Made by a program: the position numbers and the translations under genes. This document shows positions 1 to 9,397 of a DNA stretch of 64,000 bases, one piece after another. The notes below the pieces were generated by a model, which saw only the letters and a list, made by a program, of their open reading frames with translations, did no database searches and was not told the DNA's origin. Position 1 is the first letter of the stretch. The number at the start of each line of letters is the position of its first letter. The stretch spans positions 357,403-421,402 of the forward strand of contig NZ_QRCT01000049.1 in the NCBI RefSeq assembly GCF_003363435.1. Direction: 5' to 3'. Source of the DNA: Anaerosacchariphilus polymeriproducens. Its GTDB lineage: Bacteria > Bacillota > Clostridia > Lachnospirales > Lachnospiraceae.

Positions 1-205
1 TATAATACGCAAGCGTTCTATCTGAACAACCTTCAATACGTTTTGCCGCTAAAAATAGCCTCATATAATCTTGATTATCCAAATTTTCTACATCATCATT
101 ATTTTCTTCCAAACGCTTTAATAATACCTCTTGTAAGCGTTTCATTTGAGAAATATTTAAGCTCTCTGACATGTCATTTAGAATATTATAAATTTGACTT
201 TTCAT
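1..205 (-). CDS. Tyrosine site-specific recombinase (phage-integrase family), N-terminal 68 codons only; rest lies beyond window start
   Basis: Minus-strand ATG at 205..203 preceded by AAGGAGTG SD. Open frame to position 1 reads MKSQIYNILNDMSESLNISQMKRLQEVLLKRLEENNDDVENLDNQDYMRLFLAAKRIEGCSDRTLAYY. The G-x-S-x-RTL-x-Y motif is typical of the SAM-like N-terminal domain of XerC/D-like integrases. Not in ORF track because truncated. Confidence 0.55.
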   Translation of the reverse strand, partial: MKSQIYNILNDMSESLNISQMKRLQEVLLKRLEENNDDVENLDNQDYMRLFLAAKRIEGCSDRTLAYY

Positions 206-244
206 ATTGATACACTCCTTGTTTTTAAGAAGTATATCAATTTT

Positions 245-1393
245 TTATCCAAAATAATTTTGCATTAATGAATCAAATAATATTTTTGTCTCATCTAAAG
301 ACTTTTGAACATTAACTTTCAATTTGTCGACTTGTTGGACGAAAGAAACGAATTCGTTTTGAAGTTCAATTGCAGGCACAGGAATCTCAAATTCCTTGAT
401 CATTCCAAGATTTAAATTTTTCTGACGAATTCCTCTTCTATTATTCAAAAAATGTTCTTTCATATGTAAAAGATTAAAATATAACCAAACAATATTTATA
501 TTTTCGTTTGGCATAATATTTGCACAAGCTTGATTTGATGCACTATCTTTCTCCAAAATACCCATCTTAAAAGCAGCAGTATCATACATTCCAACTAACA
601 TACTCCCCTTATTGAATATTTTCGCAGAACTTTCCTCAACGGCTTCTCGTGTTATTTTTTCAACTGATTCTTTCAAATATAATTCGTTTAATTCTCCTGC
701 TGAATACCAATTAATATCTCCATTAAAATAATATTTATTTGCTCTAGATGGTGTACCACCACTTTTCCATAGTCCCAATTCTTGAAGTTGTTTAATTTCC
801 CAATTCTTATTATTTGATATAGTGTCCCCAAACATCTCGACAAATCGGGATTTGATAAGGTCATCAAGGAGTTTCAACTGCTCTTTTCTGTGATTTAATA
901 TTCCTCTAATCGAATCCAAAATTTCAACTATTTCAGTTTGTTTTTCTAGTGTAATGTTTGGTATTAAAACATTTTTAATGTCATTTTTACTAACTGCTGG
1001 ATAACTTGCCCCTGTTGCAACATTCATTAGTTCATTAATGAAATATTTGGACTGACAAAAGTAAAATAAATACCTACTATCCACCTTATCATTACCTCTT
1101 AGCACGCAAAATCCTGTTGATCCAACTAATGTATTTTCCGAATCAATATCACATAAAGCAATTGCATTAAGGTTAGGTCTTACAGTCGACACTAGAACAT
1201 CATTCTTCTCAAGCATTTGTTTTGCTCTGCTAGGCGCCTCTAATATACTAAATGTATTAAAACCAGTGATTTTTTTTGTAACGTTATCAACTGATGAAAT
1301 GTCTATATAATCAATATCATAGTCGCCCTGTGCAGAAACATTGTCAATCTTATCCACACAGAACTTTCCAAGTCTTATCTTCTCCATATTCAC
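245..1393 (-). CDS. hsdS: Type I restriction-modification specificity subunit HsdS (two target-recognition domains)
   Basis: 382 aa. Two TRD-like halves are separated by a conserved central helix (LEKQTEIVEILDSI...LLDDLIKSRFVEMFG) and a similar C-terminal helix (ELQNEFVSFVQQVDKL...). It lies immediately downstream of hsdM with a 2-bp gap. Confidence 0.85.
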   Translation of the reverse strand: MNMEKIRLGKFCVDKIDNVSAQGDYDIDYIDISSVDNVTKKITGFNTFSILEAPSRAKQMLEKNDVLVSTVRPNLNAIALCDIDSENTLVGSTGFCVLRGNDKVDSRYLFYFCQSKYFINELMNVATGASYPAVSKNDIKNVLIPNITLEKQTEIVEILDSIRGILNHRKEQLKLLDDLIKSRFVEMFGDTISNNKNWEIKQLQELGLWKSGGTPSRANKYYFNGDINWYSAGELNELYLKESVEKITREAVEESSAKIFNKGSMLVGMYDTAAFKMGILEKDSASNQACANIMPNENINIVWLYFNLLHMKEHFLNNRRGIRQKNLNLGMIKEFEIPVPAIELQNEFVSFVQQVDKLKVNVQKSLDETKILFDSLMQNYFG

Positions 1394-1395
1394 CC

Positions 1396-2862
1396 CTACA
1401 AATCTAAATCTAATAATTTCATCAATTCATCTTTCAAAGTTACAATTTCCCCATCAATCTTGTTAATTCTTTCCATAATAACATTCGGGGGATCATATTC
1501 CACTCTTTCATACTCAATTTCCTTATATTTATTAATAGACAAATCATACCCATTGTTTTTGATTTCCTCTACCGGAACAAAGAAACTCTGCTCGGTTCGT
1601 TTCCTATCATTTTCATTCTCTAAATGATTGAATCTTTCTATAATATCAGGAATATCATTTGCTTCAATGGCTTGTCTCTTATCATCTAAGCTATATCCAT
1701 CTGCCTTCATGTCGTAGAACCAAACCTTGTCTGTTCCGCCTGCTCCTGTCTTTGTAAAGATAAGAATCGCGGTAGAAACGCCGGCATATGGCTTGAAAAC
1801 TCCGGAAGGCATGGAGATAACTGCATCTAATTTATTATTATTTACAATTTCCTGCCGAATCTGCTGATGAGCCTTGGAACTTCCGAAAAGAACTCCGTCC
1901 GGTACGATAGTCGCACTTCTTCCGCCATTTTTTAACACCCTAAGATTAAGAGCCAAGAACAATAATTCTGTTTTCTTAGTCTTGGTAACTTTTAATAAAT
2001 CTGCACTTACTGCTTCGTAGTCTAAACTGCCTTTAAAAGGCGGATTCGCTAATACAAGTGTGTATTTTACATGATCGGTATTTTGCTCTGATAAGCTATC
2101 CTTGTATTCGATTTTAGGATTCTCTACCCCGTGAAGCATCATATTCATAGCCCCGATACGCAGCATTGTCCTATCCATATCAAAACCATGGAACATATCG
2201 TTGTTAAAATGTTCTCTCAACCCTGCATTCAAAAATAAATCCGCATGATTCGTTCTTAAATAGTTCTGTGATGCTACTAAAAATCCCGCACTTCCCATGG
2301 CTGGATCTACGATTACATCGCTTGGAGTCGGTTTCATTAACTGAACCATCATGTCAATGATATGTCTTGGTGTTCGAAACTGTCCGTTCGTTCCTGCTGT
2401 TGAAACTTTTGAAAGAAGATACTCATACAAATCACCTTTTGCATCTGTATCAACTAGAACTAAACTGTCAATTCCATCTACTATCTTGGATAGCATGGCT
2501 GGTGTAGGGATTTTGAAAATGGCATCTCCCATATACTTCGAATAAGCAGAGTCACCATCCTGATGTAGGTTTTTAATAAATGGGAATACCCCATCTAAAA
2601 CTATTTTGTATATTTCCTCTGCAGAACCTAAACTCTTAAATTTATTCCAACGATACTGCTGACATTCTTCTGGAAATATCCCAACATACGGTACTCCCAG
2701 GAAGTTCGCTTCACTCTCTTTTGTAGATTCTACTTCATCTAATTGTTTGATAAATAATAAATATGTAAATTGTTCTATTACTTCTAACGGATTCGTAATT
2801 CCTCCTGTCCAAAACGTCTCCCAAATTCGGTCAATTTTATTTTTCATCTCTCCTGTAATCAT
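1396..2862 (-). CDS. hsdM: Type I restriction-modification N6-adenine DNA methyltransferase HsdM
   Basis: 488 aa. Carries the N6_Mtase NPPF motif (VLANPPFKGSLD) and the SAM-binding region (VDPAMGSAGFLV), with HsdM N-terminal domain features. Confidence 0.9.
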   Translation of the reverse strand: MITGEMKNKIDRIWETFWTGGITNPLEVIEQFTYLLFIKQLDEVESTKESEANFLGVPYVGIFPEECQQYRWNKFKSLGSAEEIYKIVLDGVFPFIKNLHQDGDSAYSKYMGDAIFKIPTPAMLSKIVDGIDSLVLVDTDAKGDLYEYLLSKVSTAGTNGQFRTPRHIIDMMVQLMKPTPSDVIVDPAMGSAGFLVASQNYLRTNHADLFLNAGLREHFNNDMFHGFDMDRTMLRIGAMNMMLHGVENPKIEYKDSLSEQNTDHVKYTLVLANPPFKGSLDYEAVSADLLKVTKTKKTELLFLALNLRVLKNGGRSATIVPDGVLFGSSKAHQQIRQEIVNNNKLDAVISMPSGVFKPYAGVSTAILIFTKTGAGGTDKVWFYDMKADGYSLDDKRQAIEANDIPDIIERFNHLENENDRKRTEQSFFVPVEEIKNNGYDLSINKYKEIEYERVEYDPPNVIMERINKIDGEIVTLKDELMKLLDLDL

Positions 2863-2980
2863 TTTCTTCGCTCCTTAAATATAATGAAATAATTATAGCA
2901 AACGCAAATAATTATTACTACAAAATATAACAAAGTTTTTATATTTAGATTATACTATCTGAAAACAAAGCTACTTTTTA

Positions 2981-5242
2981 TCAATCCGAAGTATAATAAT
3001 AAACGATTATCTCCTGCACATTCTTAGGATAAATAAACACCTCATAAAAAGTACCGGATTTACTTATCTTTTCAACTATTTTAATTCCTTTTTCTAGCCC
3101 CTCTTTTGTAAGCATCGTTTTTCCAAAACCTTCTATCTGCTTTTCTTTTAAAAGCCCCTCTTTAAACAGAAACTCGAGAATACTCTTGTTCGTAACCTGT
3201 TTCGTGGTCAGTGGATCGCGCAGATTATTCAGTTCCTCTTTTATCTCCGTTATATAATATTTGTCAGCATAGGTAAAGTTTTGGGCTTGTTCTGAAGTAA
3301 GATGAAATTCTTCTTTTCTATTCCGCTTACTAACAGGCTTCTCTTCCTTCGCCAAATCTTTAACATCCTCTTGCGCTTCGGATTCCAAACTTATGACACG
3401 TCCAGGATTCTCAGAGGTAAACTGCTCTATTTCAGAAATAAAACGTTGACCATATTTCTCATATTTATTTTCACCCACACCAGAGACCTGAAGCATTTCC
3501 ATCTTTGTATGCGGAGTTCTTACACACATATCAATTAAAGTCTTATCACTGAAAATGATATACGGAGGCATTTTCTCTTCCCTTGCAATTTCAAGTCTAA
3601 GCTGGCGAAGTTTTTCAAATAATTCAAATCCAGCAGATGTAAGTGCATCCGTACTCTTTTGTCTGGTTTTATTCGTATTACTGCTTATCGTATCCTTCTC
3701 TTCAATATGTACCTTAACTGTTACCTTTGTCGATTCATCATGAAGTCTTGCTACCATATTTCCTATTTTAAGAAGACTATATTTATCATCTGTCTGATTC
3801 AAATATCCTTCCTGAATCATTTGAGTAATCAGTAACTTCAGCATTGATTCAGTACTATCCTTAAGAACGCCATAGGACTTATACTCCATGGTTCCAAATT
3901 CTTTCAACTTCGCTCTTCTTGCACCAAGAAGCGTACCAACAACAACATTTAATCCATATCTTCCTTTGGTCTCTGTGACACAGTTAATAATCCACTTGGC
4001 TTCCTTGGTCATGTCAATCTCTGTAAATTCCTTTTTACAATTGGCGCAATCTCCACAAGGTTGATTTGTCTTTTCTCCAAAATATTGAAGAATGAAATTT
4101 CTAAGACAGTTTGTCGTGTGACAGTAGTTTTCCATAACATGAAGTCTTTGCACATCCCTCTGCCGTATCAACTCTGCATCCTCAAAATCAATATCAGAAA
4201 GTTCCTTATTATCCAAAAGAAATTTATTTATCATGATATCCTGAGCAGAAAATAGCAAAATACATTGCGCATCTTCCCCATCTCTCCCTGCTCTTCCGGC
4301 TTCCTGATAATAATTTTCCATGCTCTGCGGCATATTATAATGAATGACAAATCGGACATTAGACTTATCAATTCCCATGCCAAAAGCATTTGTCGCTACA
4401 ATGATTGGACTTCTATCATAAATAAAAGCATCCTGATTATCTTTTCTTGCCTCAGAATTTAATCCAGCATGATACTTTGTTACACAAACTCCATTTTTGA
4501 ACAAAAGCTCATGCATTTTTTCTACATTCTTTCTCGTAGCACAATAAATAATACCGCTATCATTTGAATGCTCCTTAATATAATTTAAAATGAAGTTATC
4601 TTTTCTACTAATATTTTCCACCTGATAATAGAGGTTTTCCCTGTCAAATCCTGTTACCAAAACATTTGGACTTTTTAGACCTAAAATACATACAATGTCC
4701 TCTTTTACTTCTTTTGTAGCTGTTGCTGTAAATGCACTTATGATTGGTCGATATGAAAGAAAATTTACAAAATCAATAATCTTTAAGTAACTTGGCCTAA
4801 AATCTTGTCCCCATTGCGAAATGCAATGTGCTTCATCTATTGTAATCATAGAAATCTCGGTATTAGATGCAAACCATCTAAATTCGTTGCTCTCAAGACG
4901 TTCCGGTGCAACATAGATTATTTTGTACAGCCCTTGTGATGCATATTGGAGTGCTTTTGAAATTTGTACATCGGTAAGGGAACTATTAATAAAAGCAGCA
5001 TGGATTCCAGCTTCATTTAATGCCTTTACCTGATCTTGCATAAGAGAAATTAATGGCGAAATGACAAGAGTGATTCCTGGCAGCATTAAAGCCGGAACTT
5101 GGTAACAAATAGATTTTCCTGCTCCTGTCGGCATAATTGCCAGCGCATCTCTTTCTTCTAAAATAGTATCTATCATTTCTCTCTGACCGGCTCGAAATAA
5201 ATCGTAACCAAAATATTTTTTTAAAATTTCTAATGGATTCAT
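2981..5242 (-). CDS. recQ: ATP-dependent DNA helicase RecQ (with roughly 150-aa C-terminal extension)
   Basis: 753 aa. Walker A (MPTGAGKS), DEAH box (TIDEAHCISQWGQDFR), helicase C motifs, RQC Zn-binding cysteines (CGDCANC) and an HRDC-like region, then an uncharacterised lysine-rich tail. Confidence 0.9.
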   Translation of the reverse strand: MNPLEILKKYFGYDLFRAGQREMIDTILEERDALAIMPTGAGKSICYQVPALMLPGITLVISPLISLMQDQVKALNEAGIHAAFINSSLTDVQISKALQYASQGLYKIIYVAPERLESNEFRWFASNTEISMITIDEAHCISQWGQDFRPSYLKIIDFVNFLSYRPIISAFTATATKEVKEDIVCILGLKSPNVLVTGFDRENLYYQVENISRKDNFILNYIKEHSNDSGIIYCATRKNVEKMHELLFKNGVCVTKYHAGLNSEARKDNQDAFIYDRSPIIVATNAFGMGIDKSNVRFVIHYNMPQSMENYYQEAGRAGRDGEDAQCILLFSAQDIMINKFLLDNKELSDIDFEDAELIRQRDVQRLHVMENYCHTTNCLRNFILQYFGEKTNQPCGDCANCKKEFTEIDMTKEAKWIINCVTETKGRYGLNVVVGTLLGARRAKLKEFGTMEYKSYGVLKDSTESMLKLLITQMIQEGYLNQTDDKYSLLKIGNMVARLHDESTKVTVKVHIEEKDTISSNTNKTRQKSTDALTSAGFELFEKLRQLRLEIAREEKMPPYIIFSDKTLIDMCVRTPHTKMEMLQVSGVGENKYEKYGQRFISEIEQFTSENPGRVISLESEAQEDVKDLAKEEKPVSKRNRKEEFHLTSEQAQNFTYADKYYITEIKEELNNLRDPLTTKQVTNKSILEFLFKEGLLKEKQIEGFGKTMLTKEGLEKGIKIVEKISKSGTFYEVFIYPKNVQEIIVYYYTSD

Positions 5243-5455
5243 AATATTTATACACCTCTCTATTTGAAGAATAAACTAAATTTGTAATAACATTTTTACT
5301 GATAAAAATTGATTTTCTAGATTTTACGCCCTTTATGTGTAAGTATAATATAATTGATATTTGGTTTCAATCAGATGGGAATTAAAGTGCCATTTTAAAA
5401 ATTAAGTTGGCCTATGATAAGATAATAAGAACTAAAAAGATAATGTGAAAAGATG

Positions 5456-5484
5456 TTGCGAACTGACGTTCTGCTTGCTATAAT
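5456..5484 (+). promoter_or_regulatory. Sigma-A-type promoter (TTGCGA -17 bp- TATAAT) driving the small-peptide unit
   Basis: Near-consensus -35 TTGCGA (5456..5461), a 17-nt spacer and consensus -10 TATAAT (5479..5484). It sits about 125 nt upstream of the peptide ATG. Confidence 0.5.
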
Positions 5485-5609
5485 AAAAATATGGGTGCTG
5501 CCATTTACGGTACGCGGTTAGTCCTTCTACAGAGGGACTGTGACCCTCTGACTACATAGAAATCCCCAGATTTGTTCTGTTGGAAATCTTGCTTAAGGAG
5601 GGGATGCCA

Positions 5610-5705
5610 ATGTTGACACTTGAAGGTCTGATTGCAGTAATCAGCTTATGCTTGACCTGCTTCGGACTTGGATATGCAATAGGAAGCAATAAAACACAAA
5701 AATAA
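5610..5705 (+). CDS. 31-aa hydrophobic single-TM peptide (type I toxin / holin-like-toxin-like small membrane protein)
   Basis: MLTLEGLIAVISLCLTCFGLGYAIGSNKTQK. Strong SD AAGGAGGGG lies 8 nt upstream. There is a dedicated promoter, a structured roughly 110-nt leader with a perfect 7-bp hairpin at 5530..5550, and a 9-bp-stem terminator overlapping the stop codon. Missed by the ORF track because it is under 60 aa. Confidence 0.55.
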   Translation: MLTLEGLIAVISLCLTCFGLGYAIGSNKTQK

Positions 5706-5745
5706 CCGCCCTGTCTACAAAACTAAACGGTTATTTTGTAATAAT
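5700..5745 (+). terminator. Rho-independent terminator of the small-peptide unit
   Basis: Perfect 9-bp stem AAATAACCG (5700..5708) / CGGTTATTT (5728..5736) with a 19-nt loop, followed by a T-rich tract. Confidence 0.5.
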
Positions 5746-5879
5746 TAAAATTTGTGGACTAACCATCTATCGGTAGCACCTTTTATATTTATCATAATAT
5801 CATGCTAATGAAAATATGTCAATTTCGTAATTTCTATAATTGGTCTAATTTAATCTTTAAACCTTATTTAATAAGAGTA

Positions 5880-6563
5880 TCAAAATTCTATCCAATAATT
5901 CCTATGCGGTTCAATGATCACATTTCCATAGAATTCTTTTATTTGAGCTACTGTAACCGGACTTATTTCTCTTTTTGAAGGATTATATTTTTCTGCATTT
6001 TCCTTTGTAAGAAAACACTTTACAGCTTCATATTCCTGACCATTTTCTACTTCTCTCCTCATTATTTCGATTCCAAATGTATCTCCTTTATTCATATTTG
6101 GTAATAACAACGTTCCAATAATATATACCGTCTTTTCTTTTAAAAGGTCATATGCTTTATCATTGTTCATGTTATTTCTAGCTGCTGCATACATAATACA
6201 AAAACTGTCAATTACATCTTTTAATAGCAGAAGATCTTCTTTGGTAATTATAAGTGCACGTGGTAAAAGTCCACTAATAATAAGTACTTGATTAGATTCT
6301 TGTTGAATAACATTATCAACAACTATTCCAAGTACCGTCTGAGCATAAGTATATTGTTTCTTATTCTTCTCCATTAGTTCTTTCACTGTCTGATTCAATG
6401 AGTCAGGAGTAATGCACATATATACAACTTTATCAATGGATATTGTATCGTTATCCATAATTACAGCCACCTCGCGGTCAAGCTGTTCCATAAATCCCAA
6501 CTGTTCCAATCTTACATTTGACTGGAATATTCTTTCGATCTGTTTTTTATTACTTCCAAACAT
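5880..6563 (-). CDS. Hypothetical protein (possibly SseB-like)
   Basis: 227-aa ORF with good coding character. No diagnostic motif recognised. Weak resemblance to SseB-family proteins of Firmicutes. Confidence 0.4.
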   Translation of the reverse strand: MFGSNKKQIERIFQSNVRLEQLGFMEQLDREVAVIMDNDTISIDKVVYMCITPDSLNQTVKELMEKNKKQYTYAQTVLGIVVDNVIQQESNQVLIISGLLPRALIITKEDLLLLKDVIDSFCIMYAAARNNMNNDKAYDLLKEKTVYIIGTLLLPNMNKGDTFGIEIMRREVENGQEYEAVKCFLTKENAEKYNPSKREISPVTVAQIKEFYGNVIIEPHRNYWIEF

Positions 6564-6609
6564 AATTTATTCTCCCTTATAACTCCCATAACAGTTAATA
6601 TTTTGTATA

Positions 6610-7326
6610 CTACTTTTTAGCCGCTGGATACTCGTTACACAGTAATCTATATGGCGGTTCATCCTCTTCAATTTCAGGAAAACGCCCCATTTCTTCGAAG
6701 AAACGATTATCTATATTGTCATCATTACACACTGAGACTTCACCGATCAAGACATCTCCTGTACCTGGCTTCACATCAAAATCATGATACTGGTGTGGCC
6801 ATAACGTAATGCTTTCACCGGGTCTTAATTCTATGCCCGTACCAGGTTTTACATAATAAGAACGTCCGTCTGAATTCACTAATACATCCGAATCATCAAA
6901 GGAACCATCCCCTTTATCATTGTAAACATGGATAATCAAAGTCCCTCCGCCACGGTTAATGATATCTTCACTTTTAGTCCAATGAAAATGCATTGGCGAA
7001 TGCTGTCCTTCTTTTAACATAAGTAATTTTTCGGCATATACTTTTTTATATTTTGGATTGTTTTGATTCCCATTACGAAGGGTTATTAGGGCAAATCCAA
7101 CTTTTTCCCAATCTCCAAGTCCATAATCTGTAATATCCCAGCCAAGCATGTTATCTCTGATTTCATCATATTCTTCGTTTTTATCGTTCCACTCTTGTGG
7201 AGTAAAATTGCAAAAAGGCGGCAATTCAAATTTGTGTTCACGAACGAAAGCTTCCATATATTTAATACAACGGTTGATTTCTGATCTTTTCATAGTTGGT
7301 CTCCTCGTTTCTATTCTGTTATCCAC
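6610..7326 (-). CDS. Cupin-fold sugar isomerase, D-lyxose/D-mannose ketol-isomerase (YdaE-like) family
   Basis: 238 aa. The DYGLGDW...ITLRN and KLLMLKEGQHSPMHFHW...GGG regions resemble the YdaE/D-lyxose isomerase cupin motifs, with His metal ligands. Confidence 0.55.
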   Translation of the reverse strand: MDNRIETRRPTMKRSEINRCIKYMEAFVREHKFELPPFCNFTPQEWNDKNEEYDEIRDNMLGWDITDYGLGDWEKVGFALITLRNGNQNNPKYKKVYAEKLLMLKEGQHSPMHFHWTKSEDIINRGGGTLIIHVYNDKGDGSFDDSDVLVNSDGRSYYVKPGTGIELRPGESITLWPHQYHDFDVKPGTGDVLIGEVSVCNDDNIDNRFFEEMGRFPEIEEDEPPYRLLCNEYPAAKK

Positions 7327-7738
7327 TTACATATTTATTCTTATCTACGACTTCTAAAACATTAAGCGTACTAAATTTAGTATACCATGAAATTTTATAA
7401 TATCCAGATTTTGGGGGTTTTTAATAACAGAGAATTTTTATACTAAATTTTGTGAAAGTTTCCTAAAGATATTAAAATAAGATACTACAATAAATAACAT
7501 TGAAATTTTTTGAACTATAATAAAGATAACCTCTAAGACCAGATGATATAGATAAAGCACGTAGGTCCCGTATTCGAAACCTACGATTTTTAAGCCCTGA
7601 TTGAATATTTTTCGGACCTTGAATCCTGTTCCAATTTTCTATCAGATAGTTTATAATTTTTTTCCAAAAATGCACCATAAATTTCGTCCTTAATTTTCTT
7701 CTTATTCGTAACATTTGATTATAATAAGCTTATGTCAA

Positions 7739-8410
7739 TCAATCTTTCCCTTCATAAAGCAAGATTGAAGTACCTACCATACCGGCTGATATCACTAAAG
7801 GTATTAGAAGGTATGCCCCTTTTTTATCTAAATAAAAATATGGAAAAAAGCATTTCGCATTATTCCATATTGAACTAGATGAATAGACCGTCCACTTTCC
7901 CACCAAGAAAATAATAATACCTAAAATAATTTCAACAAAACTACTTATCATAGATTTACTCGTACATGATGAAATCAAAAATTTAAAACTTATGAAATAA
8001 GTGATAATAACGATACTGTGATAGTAATTTGATAGGTAATATTTCCCCTCAAGCATCGAAATAGTAATATTAACAGCGGTGAGACAACTGTACCAAAATA
8101 ACAGTGTTCCAGTATATATACCTAAGAAAACTCTTCTGCCGGAATAATTCATTTTATAGATAGAAACCGTACTTAAATCACTTTCTTTATGGATGGCATC
8201 ATGAGATAACACAGATACAAAAAAAAATCCCCCTGCGGTAACTAAAAATCTAAAACTTGAATACAAAGAATTATCTTCTATACCAAAACCTCGATATTTA
8301 AAAGATAAGTTTCTTATAAGATAACTAAATAAAACAAAAATCAGAACAATAGCAATAGCTTTCATTTTCTTCAAAAGATTCATATACTCTTCTTTCAAAA
8401 TAGCTAACAT
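7739..8410 (-). CDS. Integral membrane protein of unknown function
   Basis: 223 aa with about 6 hydrophobic segments. No recognised motif. Confidence 0.45.
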   Translation of the reverse strand: MLAILKEEYMNLLKKMKAIAIVLIFVLFSYLIRNLSFKYRGFGIEDNSLYSSFRFLVTAGGFFFVSVLSHDAIHKESDLSTVSIYKMNYSGRRVFLGIYTGTLLFWYSCLTAVNITISMLEGKYYLSNYYHSIVIITYFISFKFLISSCTSKSMISSFVEIILGIIIFLVGKWTVYSSSSIWNNAKCFFPYFYLDKKGAYLLIPLVISAGMVGTSILLYEGKD

Positions 8411-8650
8411 ACAAATACTCCTTCTCGTTCTATTATTTATTAATATCTTTTGTGCTTAATTGCTTACACAAACAATAATTTCTAGAACTGTAAGAATGCA
8501 AGTATAAGAATAGGATTTAAACTACTTCTTGTTCTTTTAAAAATTAAATTGTAAATTGGGGATTACTTTAAGATTTTTATTAAATTAGAAATTTTTATAA
8601 GGTTTGAGATATCTATTTTCGGTAGCATTACTTTAACATATTAAAATCGA

Positions 8651-8687
8651 AAAAACACCCCCATTTTAGGGGGGTGTTTTTTTAATT
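8651..8687 (-). terminator. Rho-independent (bidirectional) terminator downstream of thiE
   Basis: AAAAACACCCCC-ATTTTA-GGGGGTGTTTTTTT is a perfect GC-rich 12-bp stem flanked by A and T runs. Confidence 0.8.
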
Positions 8688-8743
8688 TTTATACTTGTTT
8701 TTTACAAATCTAAAATTTAAGTTTTATATTGTTTGTCAATTTT

Positions 8744-9352
8744 CTATTTTTCACCTAATTGAATGCGAAATCCCATAACGGCATCATGAATATTTGTTGA
8801 TGCAAGAATTCCTGCAGAAATGGCTAGACCATCAGCTCCGCTTTTCAATGGAATATGACAGTTATCCACCTGTATCCCTCCAACTGCTACATTAGGTATA
8901 CTTGAATTCTCTAGAATATTCACATAAGTTTCTTCTTTTATCGGAATTGCATTCTGTTTTGTATTTGACAAAAACCAGGCCCCACTACCAAGATAATCAG
9001 CCCCTTGTTTTTGCGCATCCAAAGCCTGCTCAACTGTTTTTGCCGTTGCTCCAATGATGACCCCAGGTCCTAAAATTCTTCTCGCTTCAGATACCGGAAT
9101 ATCATCTTGTCCTAAATGTACCCCTTCTGCACCAATTATCATCGCAATATCAATTCGATCATTAATTAAAAGGGGGGTGTGATAAGCATCTGTCATCTGT
9201 TTCATCCGTTTGGCCCGCCTCAAATATTCTGCAGAAGAAATATTTTTTTCCCGTAATTGAACATAATCTACACCTGCCTTTAGCGCCTGTTCAATCACCT
9301 GTTCACCTCTTGAAAAATCTGCTATTAAATATAATATCCCTTTCCTTTTCAT
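8744..9352 (-). CDS. thiE: Thiamine-phosphate synthase ThiE (copy 1)
   Basis: 202 aa. The YLIADFSRGEQ...GVDYVQLREK...GADYLGSGAWF motifs are typical of ThiE. Last gene of the thiCDE operon. Confidence 0.85.
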   Translation of the reverse strand: MKRKGILYLIADFSRGEQVIEQALKAGVDYVQLREKNISSAEYLRRAKRMKQMTDAYHTPLLINDRIDIAMIIGAEGVHLGQDDIPVSEARRILGPGVIIGATAKTVEQALDAQKQGADYLGSGAWFLSNTKQNAIPIKEETYVNILENSSIPNVAVGGIQVDNCHIPLKSGADGLAISAGILASTNIHDAVMGFRIQLGEK

Positions 9353-9397
9353 ACTCCAATCATATTCCTTTCCATTTTAAAGAACCATTCTTCCTTT

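Noticed and set aside
7472-7714. 80-aa ORF on the minus strand in the 7330..7738 intergenic region
   Set aside because: Very basic, low-complexity translation with no SD and no motif, sitting in an AT-rich promoter/terminator region. Likely spurious.
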